Source of the DNA: Phoronis australis
Lineage: Eukaryota > Animalia > Phoronida
Length of the DNA stretch: 64,000 nucleotides
Reading direction: 5' to 3'
NCBI GenBank assembly: GCA_002633005.1
Contig: NMRA01000453.1
Span: 213,695 to 277,694 of the forward strand
Positions 47,301 to 60,182 of the stretch are shown here, piece after piece. The position numbers and the translations under genes are program-made. Positions within the stretch are counted from its first letter, which is position 1, and every line of letters starts with the position of its first letter. Under the pieces are notes generated by a model that had not been told where the DNA came from, did not search any database, and saw only the letters and a program-made list of their open reading frames with translations.

Positions 47301-50300
47301 CATCCGCTGACCTTAATAAAACGTCAATCGTATGATGCATTTTTCTACCTCTGCCAAACACGGGGGAGTTGGTATTGGGATGTGGGGACTGGAGGTGTGC
47401 ATGCAGTCAAGATACACGACACTGGGACAATCACAGGGACTTTCAAGGAAGAAATCATTTTTGGCAGACATTGGAACAACAATTACATGTCTCCATGTAT
47501 TGCCAGAGGTATCCAGTGAAATAATTGTAAAAACTCTGTAGAATTTGATTTTTGACTTTGAAGCATTCTGCCATTGATTGGGTCACGTGACCATACCTCG
47601 TTAGTAAAATTTAGCAAAACTAAGGTACATTCATCGCAAAACATCACCACCAATAATATGATATAAATAAACGTTCAAGGGTTTTCTAAATTATATCATT
47701 TTCGTTTTATGCAACTTTTGTTTTTCATAAACCTTCTTCTTGATAGCCTTTCTTGGAAAATTGGATCATTTTAAAAACAATTCCCAATAGCGTCTTGCAA
47801 ATCGGAGCATTATAAAATATAGTACCTGAACGTTTCATTTGAATCCGATCAGCCAATTCTGGGATATGTTCCAAATATAGCCAGACTGGGACATTGTCAC
47901 AAAATTTAAAACCAAAAGCTATAAACATGAAGCAATTTGTGAAGGAAGGAATCAGTGGTCTAAAACATTCAGGTAGACCGAAGTCGCCAGATGGACTTGC
48001 ATATAACTATGACAAAAATAATGAGAATGTGTGTTATTGCTTTAAACATGCATTTGTGACTACATGGACAGAGTACTGGAACCACATGGGCGTTTTGAGA
48101 CCAGGTCTTTAAAGGCTTCTTCCACATCAAAATCCGACATCCCGGCTCAGTTATTGCGTGACACGTTTTCGCAAACTAATTTCATTTCAAATAATTCACA
48201 GAAATGACCAGTTACTCATAATTTGACTTGCAGAGCATGTCTGATTGTTTTTACAGCAAATTTAAGAGTGCCACCATTAAGCCTTGTATGCAACCACTTG
48301 TTCTATCTGTAAAAGGGAGACAGCGTCAAGGCCAAAGATTTTAAGCATGGCTTGCAGCTTTCCAAACAAGGTGCAGCACCAAGGTGGATACACCCAAAGA
48401 GAACAGTTTGTAATAACATACTACCTCACATTCATATCAGTTTGGTCGTACCCTATACACAACTAAAATTAAACACCGTTAAAAATCTTTATTTTGTTAA
48501 AGTGATAAAATATCAAAACGTACAACAACTTTGTGTAAATAAATATTAGTTTGTTATCACAACCAGATTTCCACACACTTGGAGACTCGATGGTATACAC
48601 AAAGTAGTCCTAGACAGGAAAGTATTGCAACTGTCTGGATAAATCTAAAAACCCGAAGCTGTTCAGATGGAAGGGGGCATTTGCGCTACAAGGTTCCCGT
48701 CTTACTACAGTAAAATTTCACTAATTACAGACAGAAGAAATTTTGCCGAAGAAGCACTTTTTTCCAATTTTTTTCCACAAAAGGCAAGTACCACCAATTC
48801 AATGTTTATTAATTGTTTCATTCTATACTGCATGTTACCATCAGACAACGTTTTGATAAATCGTGAGCCTTCCAAAAATGATAAAAACCTTGAAAATGAT
48901 AATTCCTGACCATTAGTTTTGTCTAAAATTGATGAGATTCTACCATATCTGTAAACATGCCTTTTTCAGCTCCAACTGCTCTTTCTAAAGCAATACTCAG
49001 CAATATTTAGTGAATTTAGACTTCCTTTACAGAAATGTGAAATACATAATTTAACAGGACAACTACAAAGATGACACAGGCATGATTATAAGCCAAATAT
49101 TTTACGTCTGCAACTTTTCAACATGTCCATGTCATGTTTCTTCAATCATGCAACTTATTTCCAAAGCTAAATCACCTAGCTTCAATAGATTAATAGATCT
49201 CGTGACCCCGTGACAGAATCTCATGACATGCATTACAAGTTACAGATAACACAATTTTCAACTTGGTCAAGTAAAGCGCAGAAAAAAAGAGACAACTAGC
49301 ATATGAATTGTCCGCATCAAACTCCCAGATTAACACATCACATCTTAAACCGCACAAGGCAGACTAAACTGACAAGTAATTTTTTCATAAAAGATAAGTT
49401 TCACCAAATAAATGCCTTGTCAATCTCAAGTTCTATTCTATTAGCTACAACCAGGCGATGTATAATGAGACCCCGTGGCCATCCACAGCAATGTTCAAAG
49501 CCTCTGAGAACAGAGACGATCAGTTTTGACAATAAGTTTAAATTTCCCAAAATTAGTGAAATTTCACTCAACTGCGTTCAGAGAAACTGCATTCATCTGC
49601 AATATTTTGCAAAGGAGTTGTTTCAAGTCACCATTAACGTGGCAGAACATACCGGGAGTCATAGAAACAACCTTTAAGATATTACACAGAGGGATATATC
49701 ACAGCCATAAATGAGTCACATCTTTTCACCTAAGAACTACTGTTCATGAGGGCAGAAGACTTTCACACACAGCACAGCACAATAAAGCATGATCTTCGTT
49801 TAACAGGAAAATCATCAACAGACACCAAACAATTTGTACACAACAGCCACATCCCAAAATAGAACAGCACCATTTGGAATTTACCCACAATGCAGCACAT
49901 CCATAAGCGACTAGTTACATTACTGCGCTCTGCTGATCACGATTTTGCAGCAAAATTATCTCAACATACATAGCTCAGATCTTTGTCTAATAGTTTTAAT
50001 GTATGATCAGAAAAGCACAGTTTGATCTGGTCTATTTTTTTTAAAATAGCTTCTTTTCTTTACTCATCCCTTGGCAAATGGAGTTTATGTGCCTTTGGGC
50101 AGCTTTAACTGGAGACAGGAGACCCCAGCTGAAATTGATGAAGGCCAGCGTTTTTCAAAAAACATTTGATTTATTTTTAGTGGGTGAGCACAAGTCTCAA
50201 AACAAGTCAGGGTAAAGACCAGAACCAATTATTTGGCCTAGCAATTGTCAAGTCCAATGGCAAAAAATTGACAAGCTGGGTGTGAAGCAATGTATCATGT

Positions 50301-53300
50301 TTGTCTGCAGAATCTTCTCAGAAGTGTGCAAGGGGCTTAACTTTTAAAAACCAGGTTTAATAAAAAATTTTCTACCTAAAAGAATATTTTAATTTGGGAC
50401 CTCAATTGCATCAGGAAATTTGCAAATCACTAAAAAACCTAATTTCATATTCTTTTAATTTTGCAGTCACATTGCTACAATTAATAAATAAAGATGCCCA
50501 CAGCTCACAATTCTTGCAATCTACTCATTGCAGAACCAGAAGCATGTAAAATACATGAATATTCAAATGATAGAAATTACGAACACCAATAGTCTAAACA
50601 TGTAGAGTGCCAGTAGAAATTGTATAGCTTCAGGATCTGCTTTGGCACAGAATAAAATAATCATTTCCTGTTTGCCTTTTGCAGCATGTACCAAGAATAT
50701 ACATGAACACAATAGCAATTTGAAAACATCATTAGTATACTGGTACAAGCTATATATGCACATTGATTTTTCATTTCATTGAACAAAGAATGAGGCAAGT
50801 TACCTTTATATTGATACCTGACATTAAAGAGCTTATCACACTCCTATTGCAAAACCTTGCTAATTTAGGACACAATATGGCCGACAACTGAAATTACATT
50901 TTATCATTTTTTACAACAAATTTTGCTTTTCCACATTCAAGTTCAAAATCACAAAATGCCACTAGATGTTTTGAAACCAGGTGTCCATTCATTACATTAT
51001 CAGAAGCACTTAAAAATGAAACAAAAAGTAATTTTGGCAACCTGTTTTGTCCAAAATTAGAGATTTTGCCATATCACTGCCTATATTCATGTTCAAGGGC
51101 CTATTTTATCAACATCCGGTCATTCAACTAAGAAGCTCATAACTTAGATTTTAATTTCCATATTGTTGATTAATGGGGCTCATGAAGGTGATTGTCAAGT
51201 CTGAATATTGTCGCATTTCCAATAACCTGGCCATAGCCATGCACGCTGTGACTTGACTTTTGACTTGAGATAAAATAGGCACGCTTCTCGTTCAGGTTGT
51301 TAGCACTTAATAGTACCTTAAGAAATTGAAGACTGAGGCATTACTTCCCAATGGCACAGTGTAATTTAACATGCAACCTGTCATGCAATAATAAAATGCA
51401 TTAGCAAAATATGCAGCTCCAGATTAAAGCTTTCCAACATCTGCATAGGGCATTATTGTTTAAATCTTTCAGAAATCAGTTTTAAAATCGCATTAAAAAA
51501 TCTCCTGTTTAGCTTCAACTCCATAGGAAAACAGACAACCATTTCTAAATTGAGGCTTAGTTCATATACCAATCTAGTCCATTGTTAAGGCTTCTGTTGT
51601 TCTTTTGTCCAACATCATGACTGGTTCAAGGGGTTACCAAACCATTCATGGATGGGTACCACAGAACTGAAACCTATTACATCTATTATGGCTAATATTT
51701 TATTGTATTTCTTTGTTTAAAAATGACCCCAACTTATTTTTTTGTGAGCAATTCAATTTCATAAGCTAAACAGAAAGATCACCAGTTTAAGTACGTGCAA
51801 TACATCAATTTATTTTCGCAAATGTTTTATTGCTGTCAAGGCATGGCCCATGGTTAATACGCATAGTGCTCTAATCCACCCAATAGGACTTAAGAATAGA
51901 CTCCCCGATACCCTTGTTTAATTTTGTACATTTCCAGATTGAAGTTAGAGAGCCAGACATACACTAAAAACAGTTTGTTACTTAGTTTTGGTGGCCCGTA
52001 AGGCAAAAATCGTATTCAGTGTTATAAACAGTGGCATGAAGAAATAAATTTTTGAATAGGGTTGACCAGATTTAAATGAGACTTGAAATTTACCAGTTAT
52101 GCATAGAATCCAGAATGGTCTGAACAAATTTTCCAACTATGCATGAAAAATATGCAAACTTGCTAGACACCCTCATCATAACAAATCAGAACATGACTGT
52201 CTGAAGTTAACTATAACACTGGTCTTAGATGAATCGTTGTCTCCTAGCAACAAATAGTTATTATCCTCCAATCCAAGCAGACGGCAGCAATAATGCTCGA
52301 GAACATGTAGTACAAAGTTACTGAAATGTTTGACAATAGGCTCGGCTGGCCTGAAATACCACAGAACCACGCTCATTCCTAAGTATTTACCTACAATGCA
52401 ACAAATGTGTCGAGCACTCATTCTGTTTCCTCACATGCAAATGCACTAGCCACTAGTTCACATCCTAAACATGGTGTTATTCATTCGTCATTGTAATCAT
52501 GGTCTTATTCGTCATTTTAATGCAGGCAAATTGAGATATTACAATTTGAGTTGCTATGTTGACACCAAGAAATTGGCAAACATAATACTGGCAAAGATGG
52601 AAAACATGAGTACTGGATACACAGTATTGCTTTGTTAACCAACCCAGGAGTGAACATTAGGCCAGTTATGCAATGCATTTTTTTCAACCTCCAGGAAGGA
52701 GAGTTTAATTAAGGATGGGCCTACTGATAGGGTTGCCAAGAAAAGGCTTGCAACATTCAAATACAGAAACTTCACCACATAAGCATTGTCAAACATATCA
52801 TTAGGCAATGCAGCAACAGCAATTACATCATAATTGACTAGTACATTCCTGATTCACAAACTCCCTGAGGCCAGTGTTTCATAGACTTGCTTATAGAGAC
52901 AGATTGTCAATTGTCATCTGTCATCATTAAATTATAAAGGCCACAATTAGAATTAAACATAGATTTTGACTGCATCAAGTGTGTTAATTGTATTCAGTAT
53001 CACTAACTTGGAGTACAGATCTAGTAATCTGTCTTGGTCTAATCATATATAAACTAATGTTCTACAAACACCCGTAATGGGGGACAAGACACAAAGATTC
53101 AGATTAATCTCAGTTTATCCAGGATTTTGGTTATTAAATCCATTTACCATGAATTATCAGTTTTCAGACTTAGGAATAGAAATAAAATATGTTAGAATTT
53201 TTTGTTATATCGACATCATGTAATATTTGAAGGAGAGCACTTTTAAAACAGGGCAAATGAAAACGTTTTGAATTACCACCTTCTAGAATATGGTCATGTG

Positions 53301-53322
53301 ATTCCCTAGTTGTTTCAGAGGG

Positions 53323-54384
53323 CTACAAAGTTGTCTGAAGTCTACGATAAGCAGAGTTTGGCACAGCATTTTTATGTGAATTGCATGTATTTGACATCTG
53401 ACTAGATTCATTATTATTCCGACTCATGTCTTTATGATCCAAATACCCAAGAACCTGTACAGTTTTGAACTGATCTGGGATCTCCATTAGTGTGTGTAGA
53501 GCAAATGCCGCCTCTGGGTGGCGAGCTTTTGATGTCACACGGTGGAAATTCACAAACTGAAAGTTGTCGAACTTCCTCTGTGGAAGGCTGTTATCAAATT
53601 CTATCATGGTGTCCCATGGGCCATCGCCAACACCGACAACAACGATACTGAGTGGATACTTCGATGCCTCCACAATGGCATCTATGGTAGGTTCTTCTTC
53701 AGTCACCTGACCATCTGCGATGATAATCAGAATGTGGAACTTTTTTGTCGACTCAACTATGTCGATGGCTTTGTTTATCACATGGGCATAAGACGTGGGG
53801 CCACTGAGAGTGACTCTCTGAGCAATTGTATTATAATATTCCAGTACTTCCTGGAATCCTCTGCAGGCTGTACCATCTCGTGTAAAAGGGAACACACTTT
53901 TATCAGTTGTAGTAGAATCTCCGAAACCAAACGTCGGAATAAGATTATCATCATCAAAAGACTCCAACGTAGAACCCACTATTGAAATCACTTTCTGGTA
54001 AGGATTGAATACCTTATCACCAGTTACTTTATGTAGGCACCTGCCATTAAACGTTCTTCGGCCCTGCCATTGGTTACTGGCAGTAAAATCTACACCAATC
54101 ACTAAATTGCACGATGTCAGTCCGGCACGACTTATAGCCTTCGACACAGCATCGAAGCTGTCAAATTTATCCTGGAATGCTTCAAAATGTTGGGTCTCGT
54201 CCACTGTTAATCCCAACATGTTGAAAATACTAGTATGCCTGTAATGGCGATACATGTTCTTTCGTTTCTTCTGTTTGTCATCAAGGCCTTCTGAACTGGA
54301 ATCTCCAATTGTTGCGGCGCGACTAAACGTGTATACAGCAAGCATTGCTATTATGGACACAATGTAACTCACAAGATTCCACAT
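53323..54384 (-). CDS. Membrane-anchored copine-type vWA domain protein (RGLG/CPNA-like; no C2 or RING domain), single coding exon, 353 aa
   Basis: Uninterrupted ORF. Hydrophobic N-terminus LVSYIVSIIAMLAVYTF. Copine-vWA motifs NLVIGVDFTASN, NPYQKVISIVG, FDDDNLIPTFGFGD, LSGPTS, HILIIIADGQV, ASKYPLSIVVVGVGDGPW, RKFDNFQFVNF and ALHTLMEIPDQF. A splice acceptor (AG at 54413-54412) lies 27 nt upstream of the ATG, so 5'UTR exon(s) lie further upstream. Confidence 0.9.
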   Translation of the reverse strand: MWNLVSYIVSIIAMLAVYTFSRAATIGDSSSEGLDDKQKKRKNMYRHYRHTSIFNMLGLTVDETQHFEAFQDKFDSFDAVSKAISRAGLTSCNLVIGVDFTASNQWQGRRTFNGRCLHKVTGDKVFNPYQKVISIVGSTLESFDDDNLIPTFGFGDSTTTDKSVFPFTRDGTACRGFQEVLEYYNTIAQRVTLSGPTSYAHVINKAIDIVESTKKFHILIIIADGQVTEEEPTIDAIVEASKYPLSIVVVGVGDGPWDTMIEFDNSLPQRKFDNFQFVNFHRVTSKARHPEAAFALHTLMEIPDQFKTVQVLGYLDHKDMSRNNNESSQMSNTCNSHKNAVPNSAYRRLQTTL

Positions 54385-55778
54385 TTTAACCCATGTAGTC
54401 AGTTCAGAGACCTAAAATAAAACAAAAATCAATAAATTCAACTATGCACTTCCGTGTTACTGCAGCGAATGAAATATGTAACCAGACAAATTACTTAAAT
54501 CAATCTTTGTTAAACAACAGCAGTACAAAAAGGGTGAATTACGAAATTGGTAGTTAAGATGTAGATAAGCGCGGTCACAAAAGAAGCATTGCCTTAAAAT
54601 AGAAAATCTGCCAATGCACTATTAAGACAAATTGCAAGACAAGTCAGCTGCTTTATGACAGCAATTTGCCAAGGTTCCAAATGTAAAGTGCAGAAATTTA
54701 ATGGGCGGTAACATGTCAGAAAAGTATAACTTCATTTCTCTTTTTGAGGATTGCTTTTTTCCCAACACCTCTAGAAGCAAAACTCTGTTCTTGCTTGGAT
54801 GTACATCTCAGGCTTGTGATAGAGAGCACATTAGCAAGTGATTAATTGAAGCATTAAAAGTAAACAGATAGTCGGGGCCAATTATAAAACTATAATGCCT
54901 TAACAATTATTGTTCAGCAAAACAAGCAAGTTAATATAAACTGACTGTCATAGTTCATACGGTTATTACCTGAGTCATGAAGTTATTGAATTTAGGACAT
55001 TAATATGGCAGAGTAATGAAATAACATTTGTTATTTTTTGCAAGTGCTAAGTTTTACCAAACCAGTCTCTTACACAAATTTTGTACTGTACCTATCATCA
55101 GATTATATTTAACAAAATATAAGTTTTTGTCACAAAGTTAGAGGCTTTTCACAAACAAATAAGCCGTAACTAGGGCAATTCTGACAATCATTTTTGTCGG
55201 GTGAGATCATAAATGGCTAAATCATGTACTAAAAATGCCAACCAGTAATCAAGCAATTCTCCTCAATAACTTCTCTCGGTAGCTAAAGCACAAGGGAGAT
55301 TTGTACTACAGGGACACAACATTGCGATCTGCTGCACAAATTCAGCAATCTGTCTAAACAGCAATGTATTTCATAATACAGTCACTAAATTAATGTGATT
55401 ACGTTAGGATTCTACAGCTTAAGGAACGGAAACAACATGGAGATTACGCAAATGAAAGATGATTATTGAGCAACATATAAATACCTACGAACAAACTGCT
55501 AGTAAACACTACGAGTCCGTTTTTAACGAAGACCCAAGTAATTGTATGAAGTCCAACGGTAATAGTCTGTGAAATGCTTGGATTTTGTATACCGTAGCGA
55601 AAATTAATAATTAAGATTGAACTAATAGCCAGTACTGTAGGTCTACGTTCCATATGACGTTAGCCGATAAACTGCAATCAACTGAAGATGATTTTTACCA
55701 TGAGAATTTGTCTAATGACCACCAGCGGATAAATGGATTGTGTTGGCTAATCTCACCTTCCACCATGAAAATAACAGT

Positions 55779-55928
55779 GGAGGCAGTGTGGCCTAGTGTG
55801 ATAGGTGCCCACCTTCTTTACTCGAGGTTGTGGCATAGAGTCCCTCTGGGCCACACTGTTAGACCCTTGAGTAAGGTTTCTAGCTCCTCAGCTCGGTTTT
55901 AACCATATATTAATAAAGCACAAAAATA
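55779..55928 (+). mobile_element. tRNA-derived SINE, full-length head
   Basis: A-box-like TGGCCTAGTG, degenerate B box (gagtccc), CORE-like cccttgagtaagg and an A-rich tail. A second copy is at 10823-10915. Confidence 0.7.
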
Positions 55929-57140
55929 GTCATTACCAGCAATACTGAAACCGTGAACTGCGCATGCGCGAAAATCACTCAGTTAGCCCCTTCAGGATAC
56001 ATGGGATTCGCAGAAAACACAGCGTGAGGGTCTTATTTATGAATCAATCACATTTGCCGATAGCACATAACATAGATAAGTATTTTGTTAAAAATGTGGC
56101 CAAGTTTCAGCAAAATACAAAAAAATTTTATGTTTAACATGGTATGGCCAAAGTTTTGACTTATTTTGTCGCTTCGATCAGTGGAATCGCCGCTGAAAAC
56201 CCGAACGTGCATGTGAGAAAACGATAATTTTCGACCAAGCCTTTCATGTGCGGTTAGTTGCCGATAGACCCAACAGATGTCAGTAAAATCAAGATTCAAA
56301 TGTAGGAGTTTGAAGAAAATTAGTCAAAATTTTGCATTTAACATGGGGTGGCCGAAAATTGCCAATTTTCCGGGCCTTTTGAAGTCAGTTTATCATCATA
56401 GACTATCATTAGTGGGTCTAGTTAATTCGAAGTTTTTGGTTAAATCACTGTTAATATTCACACCAGTATACTAATAAACGTTTTCTCTATGTATAACAGT
56501 TTGATTCCCCAGGTCTAAGTAGCGCGTACAACAGTGATTGGCCCTTGGCCGGCCCGGCCCATATAGTATGGGAGCTAAAATTCAGCTCTAAACCAAAGTA
56601 GATATCATGTGCGGAAAACTCACCTGAGGTGTTTACGATCCACTTCAGAGAAAAAAATCCTCATTGTACCTAACAATAATTTGTTTCCAAGTACTTCGGG
56701 CACGGTTTAAAATTGAAAGGGGTCATTACCACTTAAATTTATGAGAATTGTATTGTTGCATTGTGAACTGAAAACTAGTCGATTGAGATAGTGCGAGATA
56801 AGGCAACGAGTAAGGACAGCTTTGATTTGCTTACGAGTGGTGACTCATGATATTGGCCAGACATCTGTAATAATATGTTTTGTCTTTCCTTTTTAATGGC
56901 ATACATTTGAACTTGGGTAATTTTGGGCTGCAAAATGTAGAACAACCTTCCTGGTGCTTCTCTCCAGTAAGACACGCGGAGAGTGAAGCGCTAACTGGTC
57001 CATACGCAATGACCTAGTTTACGCAGAGAACCTGGCGGATGACCTAGTTTACGAATTGCTGGTAATGACTGGCGATCAGTGCAATGGGCCTGCGCACATC
57101 TGGTACAACGTGTACCAGACAGCCTGCAATTGTTTTTTAT
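55927..57140 (+). mobile_element. Helentron/Helitron2-like non-autonomous element with asymmetric inverted repeats and a 3' hairpin
   Basis: A perfect 16-bp inverted repeat: AGTCATTACCAGCAAT (55928-55943) and ATTGCTGGTAATGACT (57055-57070). Then the hairpin TCTGGTACA-ACG-TGTACCAGA (57099-57119) and a T-run. No TSD. The subterminal direct repeat atgacctagtttacg occurs twice. Confidence 0.65.
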
Positions 57141-57300
57141 TTTATAAAAATGGGATTTAATTTAGACCACTTACCGTTATGGAATTAGTTTCAAATTGCT
57201 CCTTATGCAAAGTTATTTTGTGAATCTGGGCTTCAAATAACTGATATTCAGTAGTGTTTGACACCTGAGGGTCAGTGTCTACAAATTTATTGTTGGACTG

Positions 57301-57360
57301 ATGTACTGGGCATGGTCTCAAGGAATAACTGCATGTACTGAGCATGGTCTCAAGGAATAA
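57301..57360. repeat. 32-bp tandem duplication
   Basis: atgtactg(g/a)gcatggtctcaaggaataa occurs twice. Confidence 0.85.
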
Positions 57361-60182
57361 TGAAGTGTCCATTCTTTTTAAAACCAGGAATGACTTCCCA
57401 ACTGTAAGGAACAAGTAAACACCAATAGCGATATAATCTAAGATCAAAAGTTTGCTGAACTTGAACGCAACACAAGTTTTTAGCCGCTTTAAAATTATAT
57501 ATTTTGTGAACTCTTTCATTGCCAAGTTTTATTTCGAAGTGCATTAATTCCTAACGGCAAATAAATTTTGAGGATATACCTATAGCACGTGGTATAATCA
57601 CAAGACACACTCCAAAACTTTCAAGGTTTCCTACCATAGTTTGAATGCCCAGTTTTTCAAAGTATTGTCCAGAACTTGAACATTTTAAATGCGTCCACAT
57701 GCAGACTTCCCATACAACACGTTACTAATGGAATGAAAACTCACTTAAGGTGCGCTAGTGCAACTTAACCCACGTGTGACAACAGAAGTTTACTCCACCT
57801 TATTGAGGAAGGGTAACTTGTTCTAGTGTAGCCTGCACCACTTCTAAATGTTGTATGGGCACAAACCTGTGGCAAGGCAAGAGTAATCATCAGCTGTGGT
57901 TACATACCCATGGGTGTTCTTTTGTGCCCTGTGTTTACATTAGCTGTTCATTGTCATGCACAGAGGGACAACTTCCACATTACCCTAGTAATCAGATACC
58001 AAGGTATGGGTGTGTGGACGCAGGGTAAGTTGGACTAGTGCAAGTTGTTCTAGGGTAGACTGTGTGTGCACGGGAAGAGCATCTACTTGGGTGCTACGTA
58101 TCTTTCATGAAATACAGGAGAAAATTATATTTTACCTATCTGCCATTTATGTTATAAACTGGTGAAAGTTTACCGAGGGCATGTTCACGGATGTCAAATT
58201 CTTCAACCATCTTCACTAAACTGTTGGTTTCCACTCCTGTCTCATTACTAGTAATGACCCCTATTTCAAGCATTATCTACAAGATTGAAATCACTAATTT
58301 GCCAATATCAAGTTTACTATCAGTTTCTAATATAATCAAAATAGATGCTAGCTAGAGCAACATGGAATGTTGTTATGCACCCACCATGTGCATCACATAC
58401 ATCACCGATGCAACAGGAAGCAATGCTACTAAAAATAGACCAGGAGCTGAAGAATGTCAACATTGTGCTCTCCCCCATCTCCACTGCTAGTGGACATTTT
58501 CCTCTTTCACAGTTTGTAGCAGTCTCTATAATTCGGGACATGGAAATTCAAGCTAGTATTGACTTTTCCTTGACTCTGATTAAATGGGAAACAGGTATTC
58601 ATTACATTTCTTAAATTTGTTTCAATACGGAGTCTTATGACATGGCAGTTACAATCACTGGAAATAAATGTAGAGGCAGCGTTTTTGGTCGCAATTTCTG
58701 AATTTGGGACAGCCAATGTTGCATATCCTAAACTTTCAATACAAGCACTGACCTTGAGCAAATTAATTAATTTTGTAACATAATTAACTTCACTTCATTT
58801 ACTTGGCATGCTCACCTTCCTGTGTTTGCACCCCCAGCCCGTCACCAACTTGTCAATGAATGGATGCAGTGTGTTATATATAGGAAACCTGAATGTGCTT
58901 AGGTGTACAATAACTTCATCACTAATGTGCAAAAGGTACGACTTTTTGCTTTATACTATTAATAATTCTGTAGCAAGTAACTTTGCATCAAAATCTGACT
59001 ACACAGTTACAGCACAAAAATATAATTGGTGCTTATGCTCAAGAATTCCCTGCTGAAGGTCATCAGCGACAAGTCAGAAATGTTTAGAAAAGAATAATAA
59101 ACCGGTTATGCCCATATTTCCTGAAATGAAAAATGCTGAACACTACGGGCAACCCATATTTAAAAAAAGAATCCAACTTACATAGCGTTTTTCAGCAATG
59201 TGTACGATAGCGTTTTTTAAGTAGTAACCAAGACAAGTGTTTTCAGGTGAGTCAAGAAAATCAATGAAAACCAAACAGATGTAAGAACGCAGCAGGCTTC
59301 CAAGGCCACCTGCTGCACATTCGGCCTAGTGATCTATCAAATCATTTCAGGCTCACTGAACAACTGAATTCTCTACATAATGCTGTCTGACCTAAAATAA
59401 CTCCAAAACAAAGTCAGAGGTCCCCTCATCTTTTTCTCGTTGCATAAAAACAAGAGACATCAACATAAAATATTCGACATACTTTCAACTTTCAAAATAT
59501 ACATGTACTCTTACCAGAGTTAGCATTCATTCTTTTGAAGATATTTGACTAATCACATAGTCTTGTCCACAATGTCCCACTAAGGTCTGAGTGAAAATAC
59601 ATAGATTAATCTCATAGTTACACAGAAATGTGAAATGACAGAGTATCAAATATCACCAGTTCTAGTTGAGCATTAATTATTCAACATATTCAATCCGAGA
59701 AACACAACAACTCTGTCAACTTAATTAATAATTCATTGTCTCTTCACCCAATTTTAATGCCAGTTCATGCTGATTAAGGTACAATTTATGGCAATGCAAC
59801 CCTTGTGGTAACTCACTGACATTCTGTACTACTCAGGAACAGGTGACTCAGGCTCAGGGGAGGGGAGGAGAGGGGTTCTTGCAAGCACAATTACTCATGA
59901 TAACAGCATTCGTACCACGTATCCTAGTTCTCAATAGTGGACATTACCAAACCAACATACGGCAACTCTCCACTCATTTCGCATTCAGCTAAAATTGTCG
60001 TTTTCCATATTCAACCACAACTGAATTTAGTATAAGCAGCGCTCAACGCTTAGTTTGACGCTTGGTTGCCAAATGTGACTTCACAAAAATGCAAGATCGC
60101 AAAATGAAATCTGAAAAGTGACATCAAAATCTTCAGCAAAAAACATGTTATACTTTGTTTTCAAAGAGTAACACATATACCA

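Noticed and set aside
47010-48112. Kolobok-like elements ending at TGACCTTAA (47316) or GGTCTTTAA (48112)
   Set aside because: I could not identify matching opposite termini with confidence.
53542-54244. + strand ORFs of 147 aa and 79 aa
   Set aside because: They are antisense shadows of the vWA CDS with no recognisable motifs.
53323-54384. Bacterial contamination or recent HGT, because the CDS is intronless
   Set aside because: The motifs are of the eukaryotic copine/RGLG vWA subtype, a spliceosomal acceptor precedes the ATG, and the flanks are host-like.
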